Source of the DNA: Okamejei kenojei
Lineage: Eukaryota
Length of the DNA: 64,000 nucleotides
Direction of reading: 5' to 3'
Assembly: GCA_035221665.1 (NCBI GenBank)
Contig: CM069140.1
Coordinates: forward strand, 16,926,001 to 16,990,000
Shown: positions 9,769-22,633 of the stretch, one piece after another
How positions within the stretch are numbered: position 1 is the first letter of the stretch
Layout: every line of letters starts with the position of its first letter
Program-made: the position numbers and the translations under genes
Notes under the pieces: generated by a model
The model's input: the letters and a program-made list of their open reading frames with translations, nothing else
Database searches by the model: none
What the model was told of the DNA's origin: nothing

Positions 9769-11134
9769 GGCTAAGGTAGAGGGCTCACTGATTGAGAATG
9801 CCATCAACTTTGGATATCAACTTGGTGTCCATGATTGGACTGGTTGTTCAGTCTTTTTTGTATGAATGTCAGATGCTCTCCTTGCCCATGTAGATTTTTC
9901 TGAGAATTTCAATTCCATAGCCACTGAAATTCTCTTTTGAATGAAACAATTGAAGGGTGAATTACATGCCCAAGAAAATGCTGCCCAAGAAATTACATGC
10001 CCAAGAAAATGGATGTGTTGATGGATTATAGCAAGGCTGCAATTAAAAGAAGCACTGTGCCTCTGGATGTGTCGGTGTATGAATGATTAAAGGATCTAAA
10101 AATTTGCTTTCTGTATACCCATTTGGATAAATTGCTCTGTGGAATACCAACTTCTACAGTGAATCGTTCAAAATCAATGATTGCCATAAATGTGTACTCT
10201 GTGAATTACAGTTTTCATAGTTAAAATTGGGTTGCAGGAGTAAATGTCGCAACTGGAACCAACTCAGATCATTGCCAATTTCCAATGGGTTGTGCACAGT
10301 TATGCTTTGAAAACATACATTCCTTCAGTATGTCGCAAATTGTTTCCCATTCTTCTTCTCCAGCTCTCAATAGGATTCAAGCCCAAATTCAGCTTTAACA
10401 GAGTACAACAGTATGGCCACTAGTTTTGTGTCAATGGATTGTTTGGCTGCAGGAACAGCAGCAAAGCCTTGTTTTAGCCTTCTCACAATGTTGTCCAGAA
10501 GGGATCATTAGCGAAAGGTTGGGCACAAGTGTAGGCCGTGGAACGTGACGTTAATTATGCTAATTGCTGCTGAGATAAGCAGAGTGGGACTTGAATTTGA
10601 GACCACCTAGTACCAGACTTTACCTGATGATGTGCTTTACCTCCTAAGAATCGGAGGATGTGTGTTGTTTATGCTTTGTAATATCAGCTGCAGTTGTATG
10701 CACTTGTTCAGTGGTTTAGAAAGAGACAGCCATTTGTGATGGACATGTCACTTTCTCGAATAACTGCGACGGACAACTAGCAGTTAGGGTGGGGTTTATT
10801 GAAACCTCTTATTTAGTCCAAGTACATGTCATTCTTCTTGCCAGCCCAGGAGCCAACGACTTTAGTTGGGATGAAACGGCAAGCGTCAGCAGTATATGTG
10901 ACGGGTTCTGGCTTGACAGTTGGCTGAGCGCAATCTTTCTGCACGAAATTGAGGTGAACATCGGGGTTTTGTTCATCACCAACTCGTGAGACGGTGCCGC
11001 CAATAGATACGTTGCTTATGTCCCTACTGAGGTTGCCTACGTCGAGTGAAATTCTCTTGCTCTCCAGGTATGAGTCTCTCCAGTCCAATATGGTACATTG
11101 CTATGTACCATTGTGTACTGGTTCATTGTCGCGC

Positions 11135-11422
11135 TTTCTGTGCGACTCCAGATTGTCAAAGCTGCCACAGCCGGACATAAAAACAGTTTTTATCTACGAG
11201 TAGTTGCTCTACTCAACAGCCAAAAATCTGTAGCCTCTCTTTGATCTGGTATTTTGTTGGTTCACATGCTTGATCAATGGTGTTTTATCATTAGTGTCTT
11301 ATTATTATGAATGTTTAATGTTTTTTGAGTCATTCGTAACTATCACTATGTCACGTTGTTACTTGTGGGCGGAGCACCAAGGCAAATTCCTTGTATGTGA
11401 ATACTTGGCCAATTTACTTATT
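11135..11422 (+). mobile_element. Rex1/Babar-type LINE, 3' end
   Basis: Translates RLQIVKAATAGHKNSFYLRVVALLNS. The 3' UTR has AAATTCCTTGTATGTGAATACTTGGCCAAT. Confidence 0.7.
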
Positions 11423-12589
11423 TAAAAAAAAACTCTCATTGTGAATGCAGCTTGGTGTAATACATCGTGTAACTTTGGCCAACCGAACCATTACTTTTGT
11501 ATAATTGAGAGTTTCACTTTCTGAGGTTTGAGCTTTTGTGGAAGATTTTTTTTTACTTTGACTAGCAATGAACCAGTTAGTTGCTGTGGCTTATAATTGC
11601 AATTGGCTGGACCGTGACATTCAGATGTAATGGGTGACTGCCAAGTTGGCTTGGCTTCGTTTTGAATGATGGTGCATAGTTCACAAAAAATTGGTTTGCA
11701 AACTAGTGAAAATAGAAAATAGAAAAATGTAAGTGGAATAAAATGAAAATAGTTGTCTGGATATAACCTTCCATTGTGTAGTAATGTGCAGTTACCAATG
11801 TTTTCCAATTTGCTGCTATGTTTGGTTTTAGTTAAAAAATATATTGTGCAGAATGTTCACGAGGAAATTTTGTGCAGATAATAGAAAATGGTGATGGATG
11901 ACAGAATGATCAACAAGAATCAATACAAGCTGAAGTTTTCACAGGGTTTGAACCTGGGCCCTTTCAGGTCATTAATCTGTTCTTCACAGGATAGTAGCTT
12001 TTAAATATCTTGGATAAGTGGACTTATCTTTTTTGTAGCCTTAACAGATGCTGTTGGGAGCTTGCGGAAGATATCTCAGCAAATCTGATTCGATGTCATC
12101 ATCTATTCAGAGAAAGCCACTGAATGAATGTCCTTTATCCTTGATTTTATTTTTGTTGAGGGCCTTTTTTGTGATCCTATTACTCTGGCTGGGTTCAGCA
12201 AACTCTGCCTGCCCCACATGAAAATTGTACTTGGGCTGTTCTATTCAGCACTTCACCGACAGTGAAGTACACTAGCAAATCTTAATGTCTCAGCCGGTGC
12301 TGTACAAATGCAGAACGTTATGGCGCAATACAATGTAACTTGCTGATTTATTGTCTCCGGCACTGGAGGAGCTTGTGAATTGCCTTTCAGCCAGCCACTT
12401 TTCTGGCAGTTTAAAAAATGTGTAAATCTGGGGAACAGATTGGATAAGTGCAGAATTTACTGAAGCTGTATAGCAAGGGAAATGCACTTTATTAGAGCCT
12501 TGAGTTGTGGGGCCAACTGGGAGCGATTCCTGTTCTCCGTATTCTAACGTAGTCTTCAGTCAAGGCTCAGCGATGTTTGTTAAACATCC

Positions 12590-13410
12590 AGGTTGATCTG
12601 ACAAATATTTCCAGCTTCAAATTCCTGGGCTTTAACATCTCTGATGACCTGTCCCAGGCCCAGCATGTGGAATAATCACAAAGAAAGCATGCCAGCCCCT
12701 CCACTTTCCTAGACCTTTAAAGTGATTTAGCATGTCACTGAATATTATTACAAACCTATACAGATTTGCTGTAGAAAGTCTCCTGATTGGCCTGGTACAG
12801 TAATTCCAATGCACTGGGACTGCAGTGTGTGGTGAAGGCAGCATCCATCATGCACGATCCTCACTTCTTGCTGTTATCCCAGGGCAGGAGGTAGAAAAAC
12901 CTGAATTACCACCCCACCAGCCTCTGAGGCAGCCAGCATCATCAGAGACCCACACCTCCCTGGCTGCACACTCATTTCACCCATGCCATCGGGGGAAGAA
13001 AAGTATAGGAGCCTGAAAACTTAGTCCAGGTTCAAGAACAGCTTCTTCCCTACTGTCATTAGGCTATTAAACACTGCAGCCTCAAAGAAGCTGAACTACA
13101 TAGACTATTATTGTTATTATTGCACTATTATTTATTTTTTATATCTACATATGCATGTGTGTGTACACACACTGAACTTTATTTTTCTCATTTAATAATT
13201 TGTGTACTATGTTTACGTATTCTGTCGTGCTGCTGCAAGTAAGAATTTCATTATTCTATCTGGGACATATGACATTAAACGCTCTTGCTCCTACCTCAAC
13301 AACACAACACAGTCGACCACGTCTTGCACTATATCATGCACTTGTTTTCTATGTGTTTTGCACTATAGCAATTTTCTTGTCGCTGTCTTGTAGAATTTAT
13401 AAATGACTTT
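12590..13410 (+). mobile_element. Rex1/Babar LINE fragments (a younger copy at ~12925-13287 nested in an older one)
   Basis: FKFLG motif. The C-terminal segment (IIRDPH..PSGR..RFKNSFFP..RLLN) occurs twice. The tail GCTGCAAGTAAGAATTTCATT..GGGACATATGAC matches the 4592 copy. Confidence 0.75.
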
Positions 13411-13567
13411 CTTTCATGTGGCCTGCTCCCAGGCAGCATCTTGTGCATAGGATAATAAGTGTGACTGTTTTTGATACAAAAGTGAAGTTGTCAATTCAAC
13501 GCAGTAGCCTGTGGAAATGTAAGTGGGTTACGTTTGGGGGAAAATGGGGAGAATGCTTTATCCTTTT

Positions 13568-13828
13568 AGAAACATAGAAACATAGAAATTAGGTGCAGGA
13601 GTAGGCCATTCAGCCCTTCGAGCCTGCACCGCCATTCAATATGATCATGGCTGATCATCCAACTCAGTATCCCGTACCTGCCTTCTCTCCATACCCTCTG
13701 ATCCCCTTAGCCACAAGGGCCACATCCAACTCACTCTTAAATATAGCCAATGAACTGGCCTCAACTACCCTCTGTGGCAGAGAGTTCCAGAGACTCACCA
13801 CTCTCTGTGTGAAGAAAGTCTTTCTCAG
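13568..13828 (-). mobile_element. Young CR1/HER1 LINE, 3' end
   Basis: (CATAGAAA)n terminal octamer repeat. Identical over ~175 bp to the copy at 28767. Confidence 0.9.
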
Positions 13829-14161
13829 TCTTTAGGATGGAGAAATGTTCCTGCAGGCTTGTTCATCTGGATTTGAAAACTAAGTCTAGGTTAGAGTAGA
13901 ATGTCAGAGTTAGATTGTGTGATGCAAATGAGACTGTCATCTGTGGTCTGTGTTAGTTGTACGTGTTTGAAAGACTGGTTAAATTGTTTCAATCACTTGC
14001 TGTGTTACACTTGTGGAATCTTAGAAGTAGTATCAATGATGCAAGTAACCAGGTAAATCAAATTGCAAATCCCATATTTGATCATAGATCTGATTGATGA
14101 ATTTGACGAAGATGTTGTGCGAAATGTCAATAACATGAGATACAGGCAAGTGAACTAGATA

Positions 14162-14256
14162 CAAGATGCTGGAGGAGCTCAGCGGGACAGGCAGCATCTC
14201 TGCAGAGAAGGAATGGGTGATGTTTCGGGTCGACACCCTTGTTCAGACTGATGATG
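14162..14256 (-). mobile_element. Single-arm Penelope-derived element with a 12-bp TSD
   Basis: Flanked by GTGAACTAGATA at 14150-14161 and 14257-14268. Confidence 0.8.
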
Positions 14257-14799
14257 GTGAACTAGATATTCTGCTTCGCATGGGTGCATGTGAAGATCTT
14301 ATGCAATGTCTCAGCGACCTAATACAATAGGAGTAGACTATTTGGCTGACAATTCATTATGATAATGGGGGTGCCTCTATCTCAATACTGTATTCCAGCT
14401 TTCTTCCTTTACCTTTATGCAGTTGGATATATTTTTGTCTGCCGTGCCCATTTGCTCGGTCTTCACCTGTGCACTTCTTCATGTTCACTACGCTGAGTAA
14501 AGAAATGTCTCAATTTTTGTCATAAGTATCTTAACACTACATCCCGAAAATGGGACTCCTAATGTCAAACTCTTCAACCCAGTGAAATAAATTTCCTCTC
14601 ATAATGTTGTCTATTACAAATAAATTGGTCTTTCCTAGCATGACACTGCTACTAAACTTTACTGTTATCATGTACACTGTGAATAGCTTGATTTAGCCTG
14701 CCAAAGTGCACGACTGCTTATTTTTCATGTTATGCCCGTGCACTTATTGTGTTGAAATTGCCTTGAAACTTCTTTTCAACTTTCTCAAGACCCAATGCC

Positions 14800-15025
14800 A
14801 TTGAATTTCACTTGGGCAGTTTGTACCCCAGCGGGTATGAACATTAACCTCTAATTTCAGATAGTCCTCGCTGTCCCCTCCCCTTCTCAGCTCTCCCTCA
14901 GCCCTCTGGCGGCTCCTCTTCCCTTCTTCTTTCTCCCCCCCCCCCCACCCACACACTTTGCCTATTTCCTTCACTCCATAGATGCTGCTGCCCCCGCTGA
15001 GTTTCTCCAGCATTTTTGTCTACCT
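14800..15025 (+). mobile_element. Penelope-like element 3' end (subfamily B)
   Basis: FHLGSLYPSG(M)NI remnant of the GIY-YIG C-terminus, then a pyrimidine-rich tract, then TTGCCTATTTCCTTCACTCCATAGATGCTGC...GAGTTTCTCCAGC. Confidence 0.75.
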
Positions 15026-15639
15026 GCCATTGAATTTAATGTCATTGACAAGTTTAAAAAGATTATAATCAATTATCTTCTCCAAATCATTGCTACGTAT
15101 TGTGAATGGATTTGGCCCCAGCACTGGTGTCATCTAACATCCCAATTAGGACCCCTTTATTCCTTTTTGTTTACTGTTTGTCACCCAGTTTCCAATCCAT
15201 GCCAGCGTATTCCCATGTGCTTTAATTTTCCACTTTAACTCATGGTGGTTAATCAAAGCCGCCTTGTGATACAGCCGTTCGGGTTACAGATGTTCGCTCT
15301 CAGGGAATTTGCACATTATTGCCCAAAAGTCTTCAATGCACAATAAATTTCACTCTTACAGAATTGTAAATAAATACAAAATGTGCAAATAAAAGTATTT
15401 TGTTCAATTGTTGCTTTTAGTCACTCAGAATCATTGAACAAAAAGATTTGGATACGGCGTTGGGTTGGCAGTTAGAGCTGAGTACCTCCTTTAGGACCTT
15501 GCCCTCTGCAGTGATGTGAGCGGATACACTATTCATCTTTGTGGCAATTTCACCGATGAAGTGTAGTAGCCATGTTGAACTCTGACATTGGTTCCTTAAA
15601 GTAATCCCTCTGCCTTTTCCATGCTTCCACAAGTCATTG

Positions 15640-15860
15640 TGCAGGAAGGAACTGCAGATGCTGGTTATACACCGAAGATCGATACAAAATGTCAGAGTAA
15701 CTCAGAGGGTCAGGCAACATCTCTGGAGAGAAGGAATAGGTGATGTTTCAGGACAAGGTCCTTCTTCTGACTGTGTCTGAAGAAGGGGCTCGACCTGAAC
15801 AGTCATCTATTTTTTCTACTGAAATAATGCTGGGTTACTCCAACATTTTGTTTCTATCTT
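15640..15860. mobile_element. Palindromic Penelope-derived element
   Basis: AGGAACTGCAGATGCTGG...CCTTCTTCTGACTGTGTCTGAAGAAGGGGCTCGACCTGAA...GTTACTCCAACATTTTG. GTCATTG occurs on both flanks. Confidence 0.8.
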
Positions 15861-17314
15861 CCATGTCATTGCACTATCGCCCATTACCTCCTGAACTCAT
15901 TCTACAGCACCGATCAGTAGTTTTTAGTTTTCTCACTCCCTCCACTTTTAAATTGTGCCAATCTGAGCTGTAGGAACTGTTCCATAATTTATACCATTTC
16001 AGAAAATGGCAACCAATGCATCCACTGTTTCCTTATCTTTCTATTTTTAATGTCTAAATTCAGATTATCAGGTCCACAAATTTCCCCAGCACTTTTTTTC
16101 TTACAAATAGCAATTTCCTTTAATTGCTTTCAATTAGGCTCGTAGTTCTCCTGCATGTCTTGGAAGTTGTGTCCTCATCTGTGAAGGCAACTAATGAATT
16201 TGCTTAATTTTTCTTCCATTTCTTCCTTGATATAAATTATCCTGTTTGTGATAATTGACGCATTAATATTTTTTCTTTTTAATAAAAGCTTTTACGGTCC
16301 ACTTTTATGCTCTGAGTTTACTTTTTTTTTGCTCCCTTAACTAGCCTTTGTCCATTGTTGTTGAATTCTCATCTGTTCCTAATCCTTGTGTTTGCTGCTT
16401 CCTCTGGAAACATTGACTCCTTTTTGGATCAAAGTAGCCATTGCCAATGCAGTCATGCTTTTCCGTGAAGCTTGCTGAGGTGCTGTGGGCAGTTCACCCA
16501 TATATTTGTGGTTATCTATAACATTTAAGATGCTGGTTTTGCATTGTACTACTTCACTTTCCACCTTAATGAAAAACCCTATCATGTTGTAGTCACTCTT
16601 CCCTAAATTATTTGACAGGACACAATTACTAACTAATCATTTATCTGCACCATACCCAAACTGGAATAGCCCGTGGTCTACTTCACTGCTTAAACTACTG
16701 CTCTAAATTAAAATCTAAAATCTACTGTACACTCTGCAAATTTATTATCCATGGTGGTGTTATTGCTCATTTGGTTTGACCTGTCTATATGTATGGCTTC
16801 CCTTTTTATACGATTCTCCTGTTTTTTGTTGAATGTTCTGTGCATTATCACTACTATTTGCTGGCGAAAGGACAACTTGCATCAATATCTACTACCAAAT
16901 TGACTCTCTGAATTTGGAGTGAACATCCTGTCTCGTTATTTATGGTATACATACATTGCCACACCACCCTCCTTTTCCTTGTGATCAGTTTTGGCGTCCA
17001 TTGAAATCGTTGTTGGCCAGGCTGATCCACGACTGATGCCTTCTCGAGTTGGGCACCTGAGTGTTTTGTGTCCCAGTAAAGAATGGATGTCTTCAGAGCA
17101 GCTTGTGCAGATGGCAACTGATAAGAAAATGAGGGAGTTAAAGGCTTTAGCATGAAACCAAATGGCAAGTACTGGTTCAAAACTTGTGGGTAAAAGTAAA
17201 TAGCACATTTTTGACACCAAGATTTTTAATTGTTCTACCTTCGTAATTGGCGATGAATGGACTCGGTGGCCAATTGTATGAAGTGAATAAAAAGGTCACA
17301 AGATTAAGTGGGAG

Positions 17315-17418
17315 TGTGTAGGAAGGAATTGCAGATGCTGGTTTAAACTGAATTTAGACACGAAGCTGGAGTAATCTCTGGAGAAAAGGCACAGGTGATG
17401 TTTCGGTTTGAGACTCAA
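17315..17418 (-). mobile_element. Penelope-derived terminal repeat fragment
   Basis: GTGTAGGAAGGAATTGCAGATGCTGGTTTAAAC...GGTGATGTTTCGG. Confidence 0.75.
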
Positions 17419-18164
17419 GTGGAAGTATCAGATTTTTTTGGTTGGGAAGAAACTTATCTTGAATTTTTCTGGAAGTAACCTTTATTGAACCTCCGTGTCA
17501 TTCTGCACAGATTCTTGATAGATTGTATCAATTCTGTGAAGTACATGCAATTTTTAGTATGTTGTGAAGAAAATTGACTCGTGGTTTATTGACAGTACAC
17601 TGGTCAACTTGGTGTAACTCTCTGCCTGACATTGTAATGCAGTTAATGTAGAAAATGCTTGTTCTAAATCTGGGGATATATTAAAATTTACAGAATAATA
17701 ATCCAATGCTATCTATTTCCCAGTTCCATTTGCCACTTGGCCTTGCTGGCACTAACGTGTTGCTGGAAGTGACTAGCATAAGATTCAGTTGTTGTGGCTT
17801 TCGTTTGATACCAAGGATCAATGGTGTATCTCCTCACAATGGGAAGCAATGTCAGGTTAATTGTCCATGATAATTGTCTTGTTGTGTAGATGACTTTGGG
17901 GGGAACTACTGGAACAGTTTTAATTGAAAATGCCATCTGAAGAATACCCCTGGAAATGCAGTACAGTTTTCTGCCAGGCCTTTTCTGTAGAAAGAGAAGC
18001 AATTAATGTTTGTCCAGGCTAACCTGAGCTTGTCCAACATTTTCTGTTTGAATCAAGTTGATGCCCAGTTACCAGAATGGCACATGGGAAATTGTGAGTG
18101 CATTGCAATTGACGTTATGTAACTGCAGATCTTATACTAGAATCCGTTACAGTACTTGCCTCGA

Positions 18165-18800
18165 ATAACTCTTCTGAAGATCGTTCTATAAACCCACCAC
18201 CATCTGAGTGAAAATGAAACCCCTCGGGTTCCTTGCCCCTCTCATTTTAAATATCTTCTGGTTCTTGATTCCCCTATCTTGGGCAACGTACTCTGTGTAT
18301 TCACCCTATTTATTCCCCTCATGATTTTATACATCTCTAAGATCACCCCTCAGCCTCCTGCACTTTAAATAATTAAATCCCTTTTGATAGGAGTAGAATT
18401 AGGCCATTAGGCCCATCAAGTCTACTCTGCCATTCAATCATGGCTGATCTATCCCTCCTAACCCGATTTTCCCATCTTCTCCCCATAACCCCTGACGTCC
18501 GTGGTAATCAAGCATCTATCTCTGCCTCAAATATATCCACTGACTTGGCCTCCAGCCTTCTGTGGCAAAGAATGCCACCGATTCACCACTTTCCGACTAA
18601 AGAAATTCCTCCTCGTCCCCTTCCTAAAAGAAAGTCCTACAATTCTGAGGCTATGAGCTCTAGTCCTGGACTCTCCAACTAGTGGAAACATCCTCTCCAC
18701 ATCCACTCCAACCAAGCCTTTCACTCGTCTATTGATAAAGTATCTGCCTGGCTAAACTTTCCATGTAGCTCAGGGCCTCGAGTCCCAGCAACATCCTTGT
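18165..18800 (-). mobile_element. Nested CR1 3' fragments (younger copy at ~18386-18728)
   Basis: Reverse-strand MKGLVGVDVERMFPLVGESRTRAHSLRI...RNFFSRKVVNRW (CR1 ORF2 C-terminus). Confidence 0.85.
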
Positions 18801-21169
18801 TCTACGTAATATATTGCCTCTTTTTCTCTCTGCTCTCTCAGAAGGGGTATTGGAATCTTTTGCATGACCATCTCCTGGTGCATCATCGAGATGGTTATAC
18901 TTTGCATCTGTCATTCCAAGTGTGTGTGTGTGTTTTGGGGGGGTGGGGGGGGGAGAACAGCAGGCTTAGTGTTTTATGGGAGCCAAATCCTGGCCTCGGC
19001 TGATATGCTCGTGCATGTTACCATGCTGATGGTTTCCAGTTTCGAAGGGCTGAGGCCCCAGTTATGGTCCAACATCAAACCGATTTGAATCATACTGATT
19101 AAAAGGTTCTTGAGACCTTGCTTGTTTTGAAACCTGAGTGTGAGATAAATATACAGGGCAAAAATGTACCTGTTTTACTAAAATTAAGGCAAATAGGTGG
19201 ATATTGTTTTTTGTTGTGTTTTTAATGACAAAATTATGAAAGATTACTTTGGATCTGTCAATGTGATTTTTTTTGGTTTGCATGCAAATTTCAATCTCAT
19301 CCTCACCTTTCTCTATATCAAGCAACTAGATCTATGTTTCTTAAATCTTTACACACCCAGTGAAGGATCATCAAAAATCCCTGATGAGGCAGAAAGATGT
19401 AAAAACAGGTCACGTAAAGGATAATGGATTGAAAAATATATATTCTTAAAAGTGCAGTCCCAAAGCTGTCTCTTAGTCGCCAAGTGCAACATAATTGAAT
19501 CTCAATAGTTCACAAACGGATGGAGCATTTGACAGAAGTGAGTAAAATTTAAAGAGCAGTGTGCAGTTCCATTCTGTTATCTCAGTTTAAAAAAGACTGG
19601 TGAAAAAGCTTAATTTGAGGGTTTTTATGGTGCCTATAAATCTACTTTGTCTTCCCTTCACCATAAAATTACATAAATTAAACTACTGGCATTGAGTACT
19701 TCAATTGTGCCCATTTGTTTTTGTACTGGGTGCCCTATGTATCTTTTTGTATACATGTATATAAGCCAGTACCTGCAGTTTGTTGAGTCCCCTATATAAA
19801 TAGCCTCACGGTCAGGTTAAAATGTTCATGTCCTGTAAAGATTGCTGGGTAATTCTTGAATGAATCCATTTGGTCTTGATGTACAGTAGCAGAGCCGGAG
19901 TTTCAGCAACCTATGGTTTCTTCTCAGTCCTCCATAAATGTGGATTTGCTGTGTGCAAGTGTTTAGCGACAAGCCTGGTGATAGATACTTGTGTTTACCA
20001 GTTCATGTTCTCCTGCTTTACTCGAGTATTAGATGACATTTTGGAGTATATACATTTATCAAACATTTCCTGGCTGTGGAAGATGCAGTAAAGTAAATGT
20101 TTGCTTCATTTAAATTTGAATCCTTTTCAATCTATTGTCAAAAAATTGCAAAAATGAATTTAAATGGCACGTGTCAGATTTTTTTAAACCTGAAGTGGTA
20201 CGTGTAGATAATTGAGTGGTGTTCTGAGTTCATCAGCAACAGCATGACGCTTGATTTTTTTTTTAAATGTTTCTGTTCACTACCCCAGCAGCATAAGATA
20301 TGCTAATGGCTCAGGGATAACACCCAGTTCTCCATATGAACAACCTTCACCACTGCTGCCACTATCCTGAGTTTGAAACGAGTGTTTGTTTTGAGCAGCA
20401 GCAGCAGAGCTGTTGCAAGGAGCGAGCTGCCTTTTGTGTGGAGAATGTTGCTCATTGTGATGTGGCCACGTGTAATAGGGGCCAACATTCAGATCTGCCT
20501 TTGTGTTGGTGTAGAGACGGCTAGTGCTGGCTAAGTTGCACTTTCAGGCATCTGACCCTCACTGGGGAATGGGTGGGTTTTGGAGGGTGGGATCAGGAGC
20601 CTTTTTTTTTTAATGGGTAAAAAGCCGAGTTGCAAATTTGTAGCTTTTGGTGGTGTTTGGGCCTCTGTCCAGATTCTTTCCACAGTCTCTAAAGGACAAA
20701 AGGAAGACAAAAGAGGGAGATTTGCAATTCGTATCGGAGGCTGCAGTATGACTTGCTTTATGAACCACAAAATAAAAAGCTCTAGTTATTTGGGCTCTTC
20801 TATTCAAACGGGGCATCTGTCCCTTGTGTGCTCTTGACAGAACATCGTAAACTCTATCCGTGCTTTCTGAAGTGGTGTTGTATCTGGATTTATTTGCTTT
20901 TTTAGGTTAGAACGTTGGGGGAGGATCAGCATGCATAACCCTGTTAAAGATCGCTAGAATTCCAGCGTTATATTCACAGTGGGGTGATGGGGATGGGGGT
21001 GTCGGTAAAGGACAAGAGAGGGTCATTCCACTTTCCATGACCAGTTTCAGTATTTGTTGAAATTGTTTTTGTATTTGTAAAATACTCACTTGATGAGTGG
21101 AGAGGAGCGCAGCCTTTGCAAGAACCAGCTGCTGTTGTGCTTTTTGTTGCCGTGTGCTGAATAACCTAT

Positions 21170-21390
21170 AGAAACAAGGAACTGCAGATGCTGGTGTACA
21201 AAAAGGACAAGTGCTTAAGTAACACAGCGGGTCAGGTAGCATTTCTGGAGAACGTACATAGGTGATGTTTTGGGTCTGGACTCTTTTTCAGACTTGGGAC
21301 TGAAAAAGAACCTTGATCCAAAATGTCACCTATTTATGTTCTCCAGAGGTGCTGCTTGACCTGCTGAGTTATTCCAACACTTTTGATTTT
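21170..21390. mobile_element. Palindromic Penelope-derived element (older)
   Basis: Inverted arms around CTTTTTCAGACTTGGGACTGAAAAAG. Confidence 0.8.
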
Positions 21391-22320
21391 TTTGCTAAAT
21401 GACCTGTCTTAAGCTAGGGTCAGCTTAATATCGAAGTGCAGATTGGTTTACTGCTATATTTTCACAGTTGTGAGTGATATTAAGAATTTCTGTGCTGTGT
21501 TTGCTGCTGAAAACTAAATTGAGATAATCCAGGTGGCACCTAATCAAATGGCTGCTGTCGGGACTGTAGAAAGGATAGTGGCTGATTTCCAACTTGTCAA
21601 CTATACACTTTAAAGAGGTCAACAGATGATCAGGAGGTAGATTTAAAAAAAAAAAAAATTTAAGCTCCCCACCCTAAACCACAGGTTGGAAGGCACACCC
21701 CAAGTCTCCACAGCTAGGATCAGTTAATTTATTGGGTTGATCATGTAACTTTCTAATTTATATGCCCCCATTTCAAATGCCGAGTGGGATACAGAATCTG
21801 GGCTTTTAGAAAACTAACAAATAAATTAAACACCTCAATCTTCCCCAGTCCAGAGTAAGTTTAAAAATATTCTGACTTTTAAAATCTTAAGGAAGTGAAT
21901 TACAAATTAGCCTATGCAAACTGTAAAATTATGTAGATTCTTTGCTACTGGAGTTGTTAAACTGACTTGTTCAGGAAAGCTGGGACTGAACTTTAACCCT
22001 CATTTCTGCCCCAGCCTGCCTCAAAGAAAAGCTGTACCAGGTGGCAAGGATTTATCTTGCGTTGATACCTAACTTGTCTAGATACATTAATTTATCACTT
22101 CAAAAGCTCTTCCTGAGATCCTAACCAAACTTTTCTAAGTAGGTCTGTCTGTGCTGGCTGCACGTGTTATTTACATGGCTGTCGAATGTTTCTCCCTGGG
22201 TTTTTGCAGGTAACTTCCTCTTGTCCATTCATGTGGAGTTGATCCAAAGCCGCATTGTCAGATGGACAGAGTCTGGAGAGGTTATACTTCAACACAAACT
22301 CTCACCTCTCACCTCAGTTA

Positions 22321-22633
22321 GGGGCCTGTTCCACTTAGGCGACTAAATGTTCAAACCTTTTTGGCGACAGTTAGCTTGCCATAGGTTGTTGCCGGGATGA
22401 CGTAGGTTGTCGCCGGTGCTGACTTTGGTGAATTCCATTGGTGACTACCTACGTCAACCGGCAACGGGTACCGGTGACTGAATTGTCTTAGCTCATCGCG
22501 GGTTGTCGTAGGTGGACGTCCTAATGGGGCGCCGGTTGTCAGTAGCTGGACAATTGTCGTAGGGGTCAATTTTTCGGCGACCTGCTATGACTAAGACAGT
22601 CGCTGAAAAAATCATCTAAGTGGGACAGGTCCT
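22321..22633. mobile_element. MITE with terminal inverted repeats (PIF/Harbinger-like)
   Basis: 5' GGGGCCTGTTCCACTTAGGCG versus the reverse complement of the 3' end, AGGACCTGTCCCACTTAGATG. Flanks are TTA/TAA. CpG-rich interior with no ORF. Confidence 0.8.

Noticed and set aside
9960-10012. Local duplication of ATTACATGCCCAAGAAAATG
   Set aside because: A simple slippage-type tandem duplication with no further structure.
13640-13660. ATGATCATGGCTGATCAT hairpin as a possible ncRNA or terminator
   Set aside because: It is part of the ordinary CR1 3' UTR and is present in every copy.
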